Shown here: piece by piece, positions 44,164 to 56,292 of the stretch
Layout of the letters: each line of letters begins with the position of its first letter
Numbering within the stretch: the stretch's first letter is position 1
Assembly (NCBI RefSeq): GCF_000026545.1
Contig: NC_011601.1
Source of the DNA: Escherichia coli O127:H6 str. E2348/69
GTDB taxonomy: Bacteria > Pseudomonadota > Gammaproteobacteria > Enterobacterales > Enterobacteriaceae
Strand: one strand, 5' to 3'
Length of the DNA stretch: 64,000 bases
Program-made: the position numbers and the translations under genes
Notes under the pieces: model-generated
Told to the model about the DNA's origin: nothing
What the model saw: the letters and a program-made list of their open reading frames with translations, nothing else
Databases searched by the model: none

Positions 44164-44811
44164 ATGTCCGATAACGCTCAACTTACCGGTCTGTGCGACC
44201 GTTTTCGTGGTTTTTATCCTGTTGTGATCGATGTTGAAACAGCCGGATTTAACGCCAAAACCGATGCGCTGCTTGAGATTGCCGCCATCACCCTGAAAAT
44301 GGATGAACAAGGCTGGCTGATGCCGGACACCACATTACATTTCCACGTCGAACCATTTGTCGGCGCAAATTTGCAACCAGAGGCCCTTGCCTTCAACGGT
44401 ATTGACCCGAACGATCCCGATCGCGGCGCGGTCAGCGAATACGAGGCGCTGCACGAAATTTTTAAAGTTGTACGTAAAGGTATTAAAGCGAGCGGCTGTA
44501 ACCGCGCCATTATGGTGGCGCACAACGCCAATTTCGATCACAGCTTTATGATGGCCGCCGCAGAACGCGCCTCACTGAAACGTAACCCGTTCCACCCTTT
44601 CGCCACTTTTGACACTGCGGCACTGGCCGGGCTGGCACTCGGACAAACCGTATTGTCAAAGGCTTGCCAGACAGCTGGCATGGACTTCGACAGCACCCAG
44701 GCGCACTCCGCGCTGTACGACACCGAACGCACTGCTGTGCTGTTTTGTGAAATCGTCAACCGCTGGAAACGTCTGGGAGGCTGGCCACTACCTGCCGCCG
44801 CAGAGGTGTAA
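44164..44811 (+). CDS. rnt: ribonuclease T
   Basis: 215-aa ORF, DEDDh exonuclease fold. Confidence 0.95.
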   Translation: MSDNAQLTGLCDRFRGFYPVVIDVETAGFNAKTDALLEIAAITLKMDEQGWLMPDTTLHFHVEPFVGANLQPEALAFNGIDPNDPDRGAVSEYEALHEIFKVVRKGIKASGCNRAIMVAHNANFDHSFMMAAAERASLKRNPFHPFATFDTAALAGLALGQTVLSKACQTAGMDFDSTQAHSALYDTERTAVLFCEIVNRWKRLGGWPLPAAAEV

Positions 44812-44903
44812 TCGAGTCGATGCCTGATGACATGCAATGATTCAGGCATCTATAGTGAGGCTATTCCACGCATCATGCATGATATTCACGGGGAATAGCG
44901 TTA

Positions 44904-45132
44904 ATGGCAAATAATCCAAACCCTTCATCGCCCCTGCCGGACGTGTTTTCACCGGCGACCCGCGACTGGTTTCTTCGCGCCTTTAAACAGCCGACAGCTG
45001 TCCAGTCGCGAACCACGGCTGCGCTTTACGCTAACAGAAGTGAATGACCTACCGGTCCGGCAAACGCCGATGTTTACGCGGTTACGTGAGGCGGGATTTT
45101 CAAGTTCGCCACAAGGGCTGGATTGGGGATAG
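44904..45132 (+). pseudogene. lhr: remnant of ATP-dependent helicase Lhr: 5' 102 bp and 3' ~127 bp joined out of frame
   Basis: ATG at 44904 encodes MANNPNPSSPLPDVFSPATRDWFLRAFKQPTAVQ, the Lhr N-terminus as I recall it, then stops after 47 codons; the +1 frame gives a C-terminus-like ...VRQTPMFTRLREAGFSSSPQGLDWG* ending at 45132. Confidence 0.7.
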
Positions 45133-45140
45133 AGAAAGGA

Positions 45141-45167
45141 CTGACGGATGCCCGTTCGCATCCGTCA
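45141..45167. terminator. bidirectional hairpin between the lhr remnant and grxD
   Basis: ctgacggatg ... catccgtcag inverted repeat. Confidence 0.5.
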
Positions 45168-45182
45168 GTATTGCAGGACGGA

Positions 45183-45530
45183 TTATTCCGCGTCCGGCTC
45201 TTCAGACTTGTATTTAGCGGCAGTTTCTTTGATCAGCTGCTGCAGTTCACCACGCTGATACATTTCGATCACGATATCACAACCGCCCACCAGCTCGCCG
45301 TCAACCCACAGTTGCGGGAAGGTCGGCCAGTTCGCATATTTCGGCAGTTCCGCACGAATGTCCGGATTCTGCAGAATATCAACATAGGCAAAACGTTCGC
45401 CACATGCGGCAAGCGCCTGGACTGCCTGGGCAGAGAAACCGCAGCTCGGCAGTTTCGGTGAACCTTTCATGTACAGCAGGATCGGGTTTTCAGCAATCTG
45501 GCGTTGGATTTTTTCGATAGTGGTGCTCAT
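45183..45530 (-). CDS. grxD: monothiol glutaredoxin Grx4
   Basis: 115 aa, CGFS active-site motif (..PSCGFSAQ..). Confidence 0.96.
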   Translation of the reverse strand: MSTTIEKIQRQIAENPILLYMKGSPKLPSCGFSAQAVQALAACGERFAYVDILQNPDIRAELPKYANWPTFPQLWVDGELVGGCDIVIEMYQRGELQQLIKETAAKYKSEEPDAE

Positions 45531-45864
45531 TGTCTTGCTTCCTCAAACTTCTTTACGGCAGTAATCTGACATTGTAGCGGGTCAGTGCGGCATCGGAAAA
45601 TAACATTTTCATCACGCTTTTGCTATTTTATCCCTTTGCTCTATTTGTTGCATTTCAAATATTCGTTTCTTCCCTGATGCACGGCAAACTGGCGTATTTA
45701 TAACCATTTTTAGCTTTCACTGCTGCATTTTTTTGCGCTCGCCGACGAAACGTATTTTTTAACAATAAAAGCTATTAACTTTCTCTTCTTCTATGCATTA
45801 GAATCATCAAGTTTTGTGAATCAGACGCAGGCATGATAGACCTGCCTTAACAGAGGGACGCTCA

Positions 45865-46692
45865 GTGGCGCGGATAAACCGTATTTCGATCACGCTCTGT
45901 GCTTTACTTTTTACCACCCTGCCTTTAACGCCTATGGCCCATGCTTCAAAGCAAGCCAGGGAGAGTTCTGCTACCACTCATATCACCAAAAAAGCAGATA
46001 AAAAGAAAAGCACGGCAACCACCCAAAAGACCCAGAAAGCCAGCCAGAAAACAGCGAAAAAAGCCGCCAGTAAAAGTACGACCAAAAGCAAAACCGCTTC
46101 TTCCGTTAAAAAATCTTCCATTACCGCTTCTAAAAACGGCAAAACTCGCAGCAAACACGCCGTCAATAAAACGGCCTCAGCCAGCTTTACCGAAAAGTGT
46201 ACCAAACGTAAGGGCTATAAATCGCATTGTGTGAAAGTCAAAAATGCCGCGTCAGGAACCCTTGCCGACGCGCACAAAGCGAAGGTGCAAAAAGCCACAA
46301 AAGTGGCAATGAATAAACTGATGCAGCAAATTGGTAAGCCATATCGTTGGGGTGGCAGCTCACCGCGTACCGGTTTTGATTGCAGCGGTCTGGTTTATTA
46401 CGCTTATAAAGATTTGGTGAAAATTCGTATTCCGCGTACGGCGAATGAAATGTATCACCTGCGCGATGCAGCGCCAATCGAACGTAGTGAACTGAAAAAC
46501 GGCGACCTGGTCTTCTTCCGTACTCAGGGACGCGGTACAGCCGATCATGTCGGCGTGTATGTCGGCAACGGCAAATTTATTCAGTCACCGCGCACGGGCC
46601 AAGAAATTCAAATCACTTCTCTCAGTGAAGACTACTGGCAGCGCCACTATGTTGGCGCTCGCCGGGTAATGACCCCAAAAACACTTCGCTAA
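45865..46692 (+). CDS. mepH: NlpC/P60 peptidoglycan DD-endopeptidase MepH (YdhO)
   Basis: 275 aa: signal peptide, K/T/S-rich low-complexity linker, C-terminal NlpC/P60 domain. Confidence 0.9.
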   Translation: MARINRISITLCALLFTTLPLTPMAHASKQARESSATTHITKKADKKKSTATTQKTQKASQKTAKKAASKSTTKSKTASSVKKSSITASKNGKTRSKHAVNKTASASFTEKCTKRKGYKSHCVKVKNAASGTLADAHKAKVQKATKVAMNKLMQQIGKPYRWGGSSPRTGFDCSGLVYYAYKDLVKIRIPRTANEMYHLRDAAPIERSELKNGDLVFFRTQGRGTADHVGVYVGNGKFIQSPRTGQEIQITSLSEDYWQRHYVGARRVMTPKTLR

Positions 46693-46819
46693 AACTTTAC
46701 CCTGTTGTTACGGCAACAGGGTAAGTTCATCTTTTGTCTCACCTTTTAATTTGCTACCCTATCCATACGCACAATAAGGCTATTGTACGTATGCAAATTA
46801 ATAATAAAGGAGAGTAGCA

Positions 46820-47401
46820 ATGTCATTCGAATTACCTGCACTACCATATGCTAAAGATGCTCTGGCACCGCACATTTCTGCGGAAACCATCGAGTATCAC
46901 TACGGCAAGCATCATCAGACTTATGTCACTAACCTGAACAACCTGATCAAAGGTACCGCGTTTGAAGGTAAATCACTGGAAGAGATTATTCGCAGCTCTG
47001 AAGGTGGCGTATTCAACAACGCAGCTCAGGTCTGGAACCATACTTTCTACTGGAACTGCCTGGCACCGAACGCGGGTGGCGAACCGACTGGAAAAGTCGC
47101 TGAAGCTATCGCCGCATCTTTTGGCAGCTTTGCCGATTTCAAAGCTCAGTTTACTGATGCAGCGATCAAAAACTTTGGTTCTGGCTGGACCTGGCTGGTG
47201 AAAAACAGCGATGGCAAACTGGCTATCGTTTCAACCTCTAACGCGGGTACTCCACTGACCACCGATGCGACTCCGCTGCTGACCGTTGATGTCTGGGAAC
47301 ACGCTTATTACATCGACTATCGCAATGCACGTCCTGGCTATCTGGAGCACTTCTGGGCGCTGGTGAACTGGGAATTCGTAGCGAAAAATCTCGCTGCATA
47401 A
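46820..47401 (+). CDS. sodB: iron superoxide dismutase
   Basis: 193-aa ORF starting [36 protein letters not shown]. Confidence 0.98.
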   Translation: MSFELPALPYAKDALAPHISAETIEYHYGKHHQTYVTNLNNLIKGTAFEGKSLEEIIRSSEGGVFNNAAQVWNHTFYWNCLAPNAGGEPTGKVAEAIAASFGSFADFKAQFTDAAIKNFGSGWTWLVKNSDGKLAIVSTSNAGTPLTTDATPLLTVDVWEHAYYIDYRNARPGYLEHFWALVNWEFVAKNLAA

Positions 47402-47513
47402 TAACTGATGGCAAATGCAACATTACCTGATGCGCTTCGCGCGCCATGCCAACACGGATGAGGCGTTAACAGCGCATTCGGCAAGATAAATCGCACGTTG
47501 CCAGCAACTGTAA

Positions 47514-47542
47514 CGCAGAAGGTTATCCTTCTGCGTTTTTGT
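47514..47542 (+). terminator. intrinsic terminator of sodB
   Basis: acgcagaagg-ttat-ccttctgcgt hairpin followed by TTTTT. Confidence 0.75.
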
Positions 47543-47546
47543 TTAA

Positions 47547-48716
47547 TTAGCTGTTGGCAACGCAAACTGTTTCAGGTTGTTTTCTGACTGACATAAACAC
47601 CAGCAATAATGCCAGTCCCGCGACAATCGCCCCCATCACCGGCACAAAACTGTATCCCAGCCCAGCGGAAATTACCGCACCACCAGCAGCGGCTCCCAGC
47701 GCATTTCCAAGATTAAAGGCACCAATATTGACTGATGAAGACAGACCTGGCGCTTCACTGGCGACACGCATCACGCGCATCTGTAACGGCGGTACGACCG
47801 CAAAGGTTGCAGCTCCCCACACCACCATGCTAATAGCTGCGCCGAACTCATTGCGGGCCAGGAACGGGATTGCCAGCATAATCACCATCAGCAACAACAA
47901 AAAGCCTTTCAACGTGCCGTTAACTGAACGATCTGCCAGTTTGCCGCCGAGATAGTTACCGATAGAAAATCCGACACCAATCAGCACCAGCATTGCCGTG
48001 ACGAACACCGGCGTTACGTGGGTAATACTTTGCAGTACCGGAGAGATATAGGTGTAGAGGGTAAACATTGCACCAGCCCCCAGTACCGTCGTCAGCAAGG
48101 CTGATAACACCTGCGGACGCATCAATACCGCCAGCTCTTTTTTCACTTCCGGTCGCGCCCCTGCGCCACCTTTAGGTAATGAGAAGAACAGACTTACCAT
48201 TGAAATCACGCCCAGCCCCGCTGTTGCCAGAAATGACATCCGCCAGCCGATGGTTTCGCCCAACCAGGTCGCCGCCGGCACGCCACCGATATTTGCCAGG
48301 GTTAACCCCATAAACATAGTGGCAACTGCGCTGGCTTGTTTATGTTTTGGCACTACGCTTGCGGCCACGACTGAACCCAAACCAAAAAATGCCCCGTGAT
48401 TCAGGCTGGTCAAAATGCGTGAAAGCATCAGGGTCATATAATCCGGCGCGATGGCGGAAAGTACGTTGCCAAGCGTGAAAATCGCCATCAGGAAAATCAA
48501 CGCACTGCGGCGGGCACGATGAGAAAGTAGAAGCGTCATCAGCGGCGCGCCAACCATTACGCCAACTGCATAAGCACTGATTAACATTCCGGCAGCGGGA
48601 ATCGAGACATCCACACCGCGCGCAATGACGGGCAACAAGCCCATTGGCGAGAACTCCGTTGTCCCGATACCAAACGCGCCAATCGCCAGCGCCAGCAACG
48701 GATAGTTAATTTTCAT
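47547..48716 (-). CDS. ydhP: MFS transporter YdhP
   Basis: 389 aa, 12 TM. Confidence 0.9.
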   Translation of the reverse strand: MKINYPLLALAIGAFGIGTTEFSPMGLLPVIARGVDVSIPAAGMLISAYAVGVMVGAPLMTLLLSHRARRSALIFLMAIFTLGNVLSAIAPDYMTLMLSRILTSLNHGAFFGLGSVVAASVVPKHKQASAVATMFMGLTLANIGGVPAATWLGETIGWRMSFLATAGLGVISMVSLFFSLPKGGAGARPEVKKELAVLMRPQVLSALLTTVLGAGAMFTLYTYISPVLQSITHVTPVFVTAMLVLIGVGFSIGNYLGGKLADRSVNGTLKGFLLLLMVIMLAIPFLARNEFGAAISMVVWGAATFAVVPPLQMRVMRVASEAPGLSSSVNIGAFNLGNALGAAAGGAVISAGLGYSFVPVMGAIVAGLALLLVFMSVRKQPETVCVANS

Positions 48717-48881
48717 GCCTTATCTCCACCTCTTAGCGTCATTACGCGATATTCATTAAAGTGGCGAAAGCATGACAGTAATCACAAAAAAATGAAAATA
48801 ACAAAAAGAGAAAACACTTTTGCCATTTTGCTAACAAACAGGAAGGAGATGCGAGGGAGAACGCGCTCCCTCGAGAGGAAA

Positions 48882-48971
48882 TCAGTGCAGCGCGGCAGTC
48901 AAACCCACGGCTACGATCAAACCGAGGACGATAATCGTTGTTACCAGTGAAAATTTAAGGTCGGTGCTCAT
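48882..48971 (-). CDS. ynhF: small membrane protein YnhF (29 aa)
   Basis: Minus-strand MSTDLKFSLVTTIIVLGLIVAVGLTAALH*, below the ORF-track size cutoff; followed by hairpin gagggag..ctccctc at 48853..48872. Confidence 0.7.
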   Translation of the reverse strand: MSTDLKFSLVTTIIVLGLIVAVGLTAALH

Positions 48972-49209
48972 CAAGTTTTCTCCTTTTTTATTACCACACA
49001 AAAAGTGATATTACGCATTTTTACACACTGTGATGAAAAAATCTCCCGTCATTTATAATGATAAGTGTTTTTACTACTTCCCCTTTTCGTCAAGATCGGC
49101 CAAAATTCCACGCTTACATTATTTGCGTACTGGCCATTGACCCCTTCCTGACGCTCCGTGTCGTTTTTCCGGCGTACCGCAACATTTTTGTTGTGCGTAA
49201 GGTGTGTAA

Positions 49210-49225
49210 AGGCAAACGTTTACCT
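49210..49225. promoter_or_regulatory. PurR box O1 (purR autoregulation)
   Basis: aggCAAACGTTTacct matches the PUR-box core, about 50 bp upstream of the purR start. Confidence 0.6.
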
Positions 49226-49269
49226 TGCGAATTTGCAGGAGCTGAAGTTAGGGTCTGGAGTGAAATGGA

Positions 49270-50295
49270 ATGGCAACAATAAAAGATGTAGCGAAACGAG
49301 CAAACGTTTCCACTACAACTGTGTCACACGTGATCAACAAAACACGTTTCGTCGCTGAAGAAACGCGCAATGCCGTGTGGGCAGCAATCAAAGAATTACA
49401 CTACTCCCCTAGCGCGGTGGCGCGTAGCCTGAAGGTTAACCACACCAAGTCTATCGGTTTGCTGGCGACCAGCAGCGAAGCGGCCTATTTTGCCGAGATC
49501 ATTGAAGCAGTCGAAAAAAATTGCTTCCAGAAAGGTTACACCCTGATTCTGGGCAATGCGTGGAACAATCTTGAGAAACAGCGGGCTTATCTGTCGATGA
49601 TGGCGCAAAAACGCGTCGATGGTCTGCTGGTGATGTGTTCTGAGTACCCAGAGCCGTTGCTGGCGATGCTGGAAGAGTATCGCCATATCCCAATGGTGGT
49701 GATGGACTGGGGTGAAGCAAAAGCTGACTTCACCGATGCGGTCATTGATAATGCATTCGAAGGCGGCTACATGGCCGGGCGTTATCTGATTGAACGCGGT
49801 CATCGCGAAATCGGCGTTATCCCTGGCCCGCTGGAACGTAACACCGGCGCAGGCCGCCTTGCCGGTTTTATGAAGGCGATGGAAGAAGCGATGATCAAAG
49901 TGCCGGAAAGCTGGATTGTGCAGGGTGACTTTGAACCTGAATCCGGTTACCGCGCCATGCAGCAAATCCTGTCGCAGTCGCATCGCCCTACTGCCGTCTT
50001 CTGTGGTGGCGATATCATGGCAATGGGCGCACTTTGTGCTGCTGATGAAATGGGTCTGCGCGTGCCGCAGGATGTTTCGCTGATCGGTTATGATAACGTG
50101 CGCAACGCCCGCTATTTTACGCCGGCGCTGACCACGATCCATCAGCCAAAAGATTCGCTGGGCGAAACAGCGTTCAACATGCTGTTGGATCGTATCGTCA
50201 ACAAACGTGAAGAACCGCAGTCCATTGAAGTGCATCCGCGGTTGATTGAACGCCGCTCCGTGGCTGACGGCCCGTTCCGCGACTATCGTCGTTAA
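49270..50295 (+). CDS. purR: purine repressor (LacI family)
   Basis: 341-aa ORF starting [33 protein letters not shown]. Confidence 0.97.
49298..49313. promoter_or_regulatory. PurR box O2 (inside the purR coding region)
   Basis: gagCAAACGTTTccac, a second PUR-box-like site 29 bp into the CDS. Confidence 0.55.
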
Positions 50296-51224
50296 TCACC
50301 CGTTGCGGGAGTCTCTTCCGGCTCCCGCAGCCACTCCTTATTCAGCGTCTCACTATCGCCGAGATACTCAAGCAACCAGGTTAACGCAGGCGACATATCA
50401 TTTTGCTGCCATGTCAGACAACATGCCGAATCCGGGAAGGGGTTTTCCAGTTCTAGTGCTACCCACTTCCCCTCATTAAGCCACGGTTTGGCGAAATGTG
50501 TTGGCACCATCCCTATGCATAATCCTGCCGAGATACAGGTTGCCGATGATTCCCAGTCAGGCACGACAAGTCTTTTTTGGTTATCCAGCAACCAGGTAAT
50601 ACGTTTAGGTAGCGTTCGCGAGGTGTCTTCGCGCACCAATGACGGCCAGTTGCGCAACGTATCATCGCTGAACGGGCCATCCATCAACGCCAGCGGGTGG
50701 TGGCTGGCAACAACGCAACTCCAGCTTAACATCCCCATATCCCGGAAGGCATAACGACCGCCTACCGGAATCGCGCGTGTTGCGCCAATCGCCAGTTCCA
50801 CGCGCCCGTCGGAAAGTGCATCCCAGACACCGTTGAACACTTCCTGAAAGACAAGAAGTTCGACATCATCAAAATGGCGATAAAAATCAACGATCATCTG
50901 CCGTGTTCGCTCTGGCCTGACAATATTATCCACTGCGATAGCTAACTGACCGCGCCAGCCGTTCGCTATCTGCTGACATTGCTGGCGGGTGATCTGCATT
51001 TTTTTGACAACAGAGCGTCCTTCTTTGAGAAACCACGCCCCGGCAGCGGTCAGTTCCACATCACGGTGACGTCGTTCAAAAAGCGGCACCGCCAGCCACT
51101 CTTCCAGCTGACGCACGGTATAGCTGACCGCAGAAGGGACGCGATGCAACTCCTGGGCTGCGGCGCTAAAACTACCATTACGCGCTACCGCATCAACAAC
51201 TTCCAGAGAATATTCTGACCACAT
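50292..51224 (-). CDS. punR: LysR-family transcriptional regulator PunR (YdhB)
   Basis: 310 aa with LysR HTH; divergent from punC; stop codon overlaps the purR stop. Confidence 0.9.
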   Translation of the reverse strand: MWSEYSLEVVDAVARNGSFSAAAQELHRVPSAVSYTVRQLEEWLAVPLFERRHRDVELTAAGAWFLKEGRSVVKKMQITRQQCQQIANGWRGQLAIAVDNIVRPERTRQMIVDFYRHFDDVELLVFQEVFNGVWDALSDGRVELAIGATRAIPVGGRYAFRDMGMLSWSCVVASHHPLALMDGPFSDDTLRNWPSLVREDTSRTLPKRITWLLDNQKRLVVPDWESSATCISAGLCIGMVPTHFAKPWLNEGKWVALELENPFPDSACCLTWQQNDMSPALTWLLEYLGDSETLNKEWLREPEETPATGD

Positions 51225-51336
51225 AGTCTGCCTGCAAAATTTTTGAAACCAATCATCAAATATTACCGTTTCACAACACTAATTTCACTCCCTACACTTT
51301 GCGGCGGTGTTTAATTGAGAGATTTAGAGAAAATAC

Positions 51337-52548
51337 ATGCAACCTGGGAAAAGATTTTTAGTCTGGCTGGCGGGTTTGAGCGTACTCGGTTTTCTGGCAA
51401 CCGATATGTATCTGCCTGCTTTCGCCGCCATACAGGCCGACCTGCAAACGCCTGCGTCTGCTGTCAGTGCCAGCCTTAGTCTGTTCCTTGCCGGTTTTGC
51501 CGCAGCCCAGCTTCTGTGGGGGCCACTCTCCGACCGTTATGGTCGTAAACCGGTGTTATTCATCGGCCTGACAATTTTTGCGTTAGGTAGTCTGGGGATG
51601 CTGTGGGTAGAAAACGCCGCCACGCTGCTGGTATTGCGTTTTGTACAGGCTGTGGGGGTCTGCGCCGCAGCGGTTATCTGGCAAGCGTTAGTGACGGATT
51701 ATTATCCTTCACAGAAAGTTAACCGTATTTTTGCGACCATCATGCCGCTGGTGGGTCTATCTCCGGCACTGGCTCCTCTGTTAGGAAGCTGGCTGCTGGT
51801 CCATTTTTCCTGGCAGGCGATTTTCGCCACCCTGTTTGCCATTACCGTGGTGCTGATTCTGCCTATTTTCTGGCTCAAACCCACGACGAAGGCCCGTAAC
51901 AATAGTCAGGATGGTCTGACCTTTACCGACCTGCTACGTTCTAAAACCTATCGCGGCAACGTGCTGATATATGCGGCCTGTTCAGCCAGTTTTTTTGCAT
52001 GGCTGACCGGTTCACCGTTCATCCTTAGTGAAATGGGTTACAGCCCGGCAGTTATTGGTTTAAGTTATGTCCCGCAAACTATCGCGTTTCTGATTGGTGG
52101 TTATGGCTGTCGCGCCGCGCTGCAGAAATGGCAAGGCAAGCAGTTATTACCGTGGTTGCTGGTACTGTTTGCTGTCAGCGTCATTGCGACCTGGGCTGCG
52201 GGCTTCATTAGCCATGTGTCGCTGGTCGAAATCCTGATCCCATTCTGTGTGATGGCGATTGCCAATGGCGCGATCTACCCGATTGTTGTCGCCCAGGCGC
52301 TGCGTCCCTTCCCACATGCAACTGGTCGCGCCGCAGCGTTGCAGAACACTCTACAACTGGGTCTGTGCTTCCTCGCAAGTCTGGTAGTTTCCTGGCTTAT
52401 CAGTATCAGCACGCCATTGCTCACCACCACCAGCGTGATGTTATCAACAGTAGTGCTGGTTGCTCTGGGTTACATGATGCAACGTTGTGAAGAAGTTGAC
52501 TGCCAGAATCATGGCAATGCCGAAGTCGCTCATAGCGAATCACACTGA
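51337..52548 (+). CDS. punC: MFS purine nucleoside transporter PunC (YdhC)
   Basis: 403 aa, 12 TM MFS. Confidence 0.9.
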   Translation: MQPGKRFLVWLAGLSVLGFLATDMYLPAFAAIQADLQTPASAVSASLSLFLAGFAAAQLLWGPLSDRYGRKPVLFIGLTIFALGSLGMLWVENAATLLVLRFVQAVGVCAAAVIWQALVTDYYPSQKVNRIFATIMPLVGLSPALAPLLGSWLLVHFSWQAIFATLFAITVVLILPIFWLKPTTKARNNSQDGLTFTDLLRSKTYRGNVLIYAACSASFFAWLTGSPFILSEMGYSPAVIGLSYVPQTIAFLIGGYGCRAALQKWQGKQLLPWLLVLFAVSVIATWAAGFISHVSLVEILIPFCVMAIANGAIYPIVVAQALRPFPHATGRAAALQNTLQLGLCFLASLVVSWLISISTPLLTTTSVMLSTVVLVALGYMMQRCEEVDCQNHGNAEVAHSESH

Positions 52549-52832
52549 TCTATATCGATATACTTAGGCTGCTAACAAAATTTTGTTGTATGATTGAAAT
52601 TAGCGGCCTATACTAATTTCGAGTTGTTAAAGCTACGATAAATATTATGTTTTTACGGGGACAGGATCGTTCCCGACTCACTATGGATGGTCATTTCGGC
52701 AAGGGTTCCTCCTTTCCCTCTGTTCTACGTCGGATTATAGACTCGCGGTTTTTTCTGCGAGATTTCTCACAAAGCCCAAAAAGCGTCTACGCTGTTTTAA
52801 GGTTCTGATCACCGACCAGTGATGGAGAAACT

Positions 52833-53981
52833 ATGAGTTCATCGTGTATAGAAGAAGTCAGTGTACCGGATGACAACTGGTACCGTATCGCCAACGAATT
52901 ACTTAGCCGTGCCGGTATAGCCATTAACGGTTCTGCCCCGGCGGATATTCGTGTCAAAAACCCCGATTTTTTTAAACGCGTTCTGCAGGAAGGTTCTTTG
53001 GGGTTAGGCGAAAGTTATATGGATGGCTGGTGGGAATGTGACCGACTGGATATGTTTTTTAGCAAAGTCTTACGCGCAGGTCTCGAGAACCAACTTCCCC
53101 ATCATTTCAAAGACACGCTGCGTATTGCCGGCGCTCGTCTCTTCAATCTGCAGAGTAAAAAACGTGCCTGGATAGTCGGCAAAGAGCATTACGATTTGGG
53201 TAATGACTTGTTCAGCCGCATGCTTGATCCCTTCATGCAATATTCCTGTGCTTACTGGAAAGATGCCGATAATCTGGAATCTGCCCAGCAGGCGAAGCTC
53301 AAAATGATTTGTGAAAAATTGCAGTTAAAACCAGGGATGCGCGTACTGGATATTGGCTGTGGCTGGGGCGGACTGGCGCACTACATGGCGTCTAATTATG
53401 ACGTAAGCGTGGTCGGCGTCACCATTTCTGCCGAACAGCAAAAAATGGCTCAGGAACGCTGTGAAGGCCTGGATGTCACCATTTTGCTGCAAGATTATCG
53501 TGACCTGAACGACCAGTTTGATCGTATTGTTTCTGTGGGGATGTTCGAACACGTCGGACCGAAAAATTACGATACCTATTTTGCGGTGGTGGATCGTAAT
53601 TTGAAACCGGAAGGTATATTCCTGCTCCATACCATCGGTTCGAAAAAAACCGATCTGAATGTTGATCCCTGGATTAATAAATATATTTTTCCGAACGGTT
53701 GCCTGCCCTCTGTACGCCAGATAGCTCAGTCCAGCGAACCCCACTTTGTGATGGAAGACTGGCATAACTTCGGTGCTGATTACGATACTACGTTGATGGC
53801 GTGGTATGAACGATTCCTCGCCGCATGGCCAGAAATTGCGGATAACTACAGTGAACGCTTTAAACGGATGTTTACCTATTATCTGAATGCCTGTGCAGGT
53901 GCTTTCCGCGCCCGTGATATTCAGCTCTGGCAGGTCGTGTTCTCACGCGGTGTTGAAAACGGCCTTCGAGTCGCTCGCTAA
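52833..53981 (+). CDS. cfa: cyclopropane-fatty-acyl-phospholipid synthase
   Basis: 382 aa, SAM-binding motif VLDIGCGWG. Confidence 0.96.
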   Translation: MSSSCIEEVSVPDDNWYRIANELLSRAGIAINGSAPADIRVKNPDFFKRVLQEGSLGLGESYMDGWWECDRLDMFFSKVLRAGLENQLPHHFKDTLRIAGARLFNLQSKKRAWIVGKEHYDLGNDLFSRMLDPFMQYSCAYWKDADNLESAQQAKLKMICEKLQLKPGMRVLDIGCGWGGLAHYMASNYDVSVVGVTISAEQQKMAQERCEGLDVTILLQDYRDLNDQFDRIVSVGMFEHVGPKNYDTYFAVVDRNLKPEGIFLLHTIGSKKTDLNVDPWINKYIFPNGCLPSVRQIAQSSEPHFVMEDWHNFGADYDTTLMAWYERFLAAWPEIADNYSERFKRMFTYYLNACAGAFRARDIQLWQVVFSRGVENGLRVAR

Positions 53982-54020
53982 AGGCTATTCTATCGCCCCC
54001 TCTCCGGGGGCGATTTCAGA

Positions 54021-54662
54021 TCAGGCTTCTGTACCTGGTTGATTCATGGCATTTTCTCGTGCCGCCAGCACACGTTCTACCGTATCTACCACTGCCTGAG
54101 TTTGTGGATCGATTTCAATGTTGACGCGTGCGCCGAGTTTTTTCTTCCCAAGAGTCGTGCGTTCCAGTGTTTCCGGAATTAAATGGACGCAAAAACGCGT
54201 TGGCGTGACTTCGCCGACGGTCAGGCTAATACCGTCGATGCCAATAAATCCTTTGTACAGGATATATTTCATCAACTGACTATCCTGGACTTTAAACCAG
54301 ATCTGACGATTATTTTCCGAGGTTAATATTTTCGCCACTTCAGCGGTGGTCATAATATGACCTGACATTAAGTGTCCGCCAATTTCATCGCTGAATTTCG
54401 CCGCACGCTCAACGTTTACCCAATCCCCCACTTTTAAATCGCCAAGATTAGTAATGCGTAACGTTTCTTTCATCAGGTCAAAACTGACATGGTTGCCGTT
54501 AATTTCCGTCACAGTCAGGCAGCAACCGTTATGCGCCACGGACGCACCGGTTTCCAGTCCGTCCAGCATGTGGTCGGGTAACTCCACCACATGCGTGCGA
54601 AAATTTGGTTTCTCGTCAATCGACACCAGTTTTGCGGTGCCCTGTACAATCCCCGTAAACAT
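54021..54662 (-). CDS. ribC: riboflavin synthase alpha subunit
   Basis: 213-aa ORF starting [21 protein letters not shown]. Confidence 0.95.
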   Translation of the reverse strand: MFTGIVQGTAKLVSIDEKPNFRTHVVELPDHMLDGLETGASVAHNGCCLTVTEINGNHVSFDLMKETLRITNLGDLKVGDWVNVERAAKFSDEIGGHLMSGHIMTTAEVAKILTSENNRQIWFKVQDSQLMKYILYKGFIGIDGISLTVGEVTPTRFCVHLIPETLERTTLGKKKLGARVNIEIDPQTQAVVDTVERVLAARENAMNQPGTEA

Positions 54663-54855
54663 ACTTACAACTCCTGAAATCAGTTAAGACATTCTGTTCA
54701 GCACAATAGCAGGTGGAAAACGCCCTTACCAGTGAAGGGGTAAGAATGGCTATTTTTTCACTGGAGAATTAATAAATCCTCGCTACAATAGACTGAATTT
54801 CCCCTGCTTCTTCTTTTTGCTGCCCATTCAGGCGGCTTTTTAGTCTCTCATATAA

Positions 54856-56250
<1,395 letters not shown>

Positions 56251-56258
56251 TAAAGACA

Positions 56259-56292
56259 AGGCGCAACCTTCACGGGTTGCGCCTGTGTTTTT
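56259..56292. terminator. bidirectional terminator between mdtK and ydhQ
   Basis: aggcgcaacc-ttcacg-ggttgcgcct hairpin followed by a T-run. Confidence 0.75.

Noticed and set aside
44949-45161. 70-aa minus-strand ORF between rnt and grxD
   Set aside because: It is antisense to the lhr remnant and the terminator hairpin, with no coding signal.
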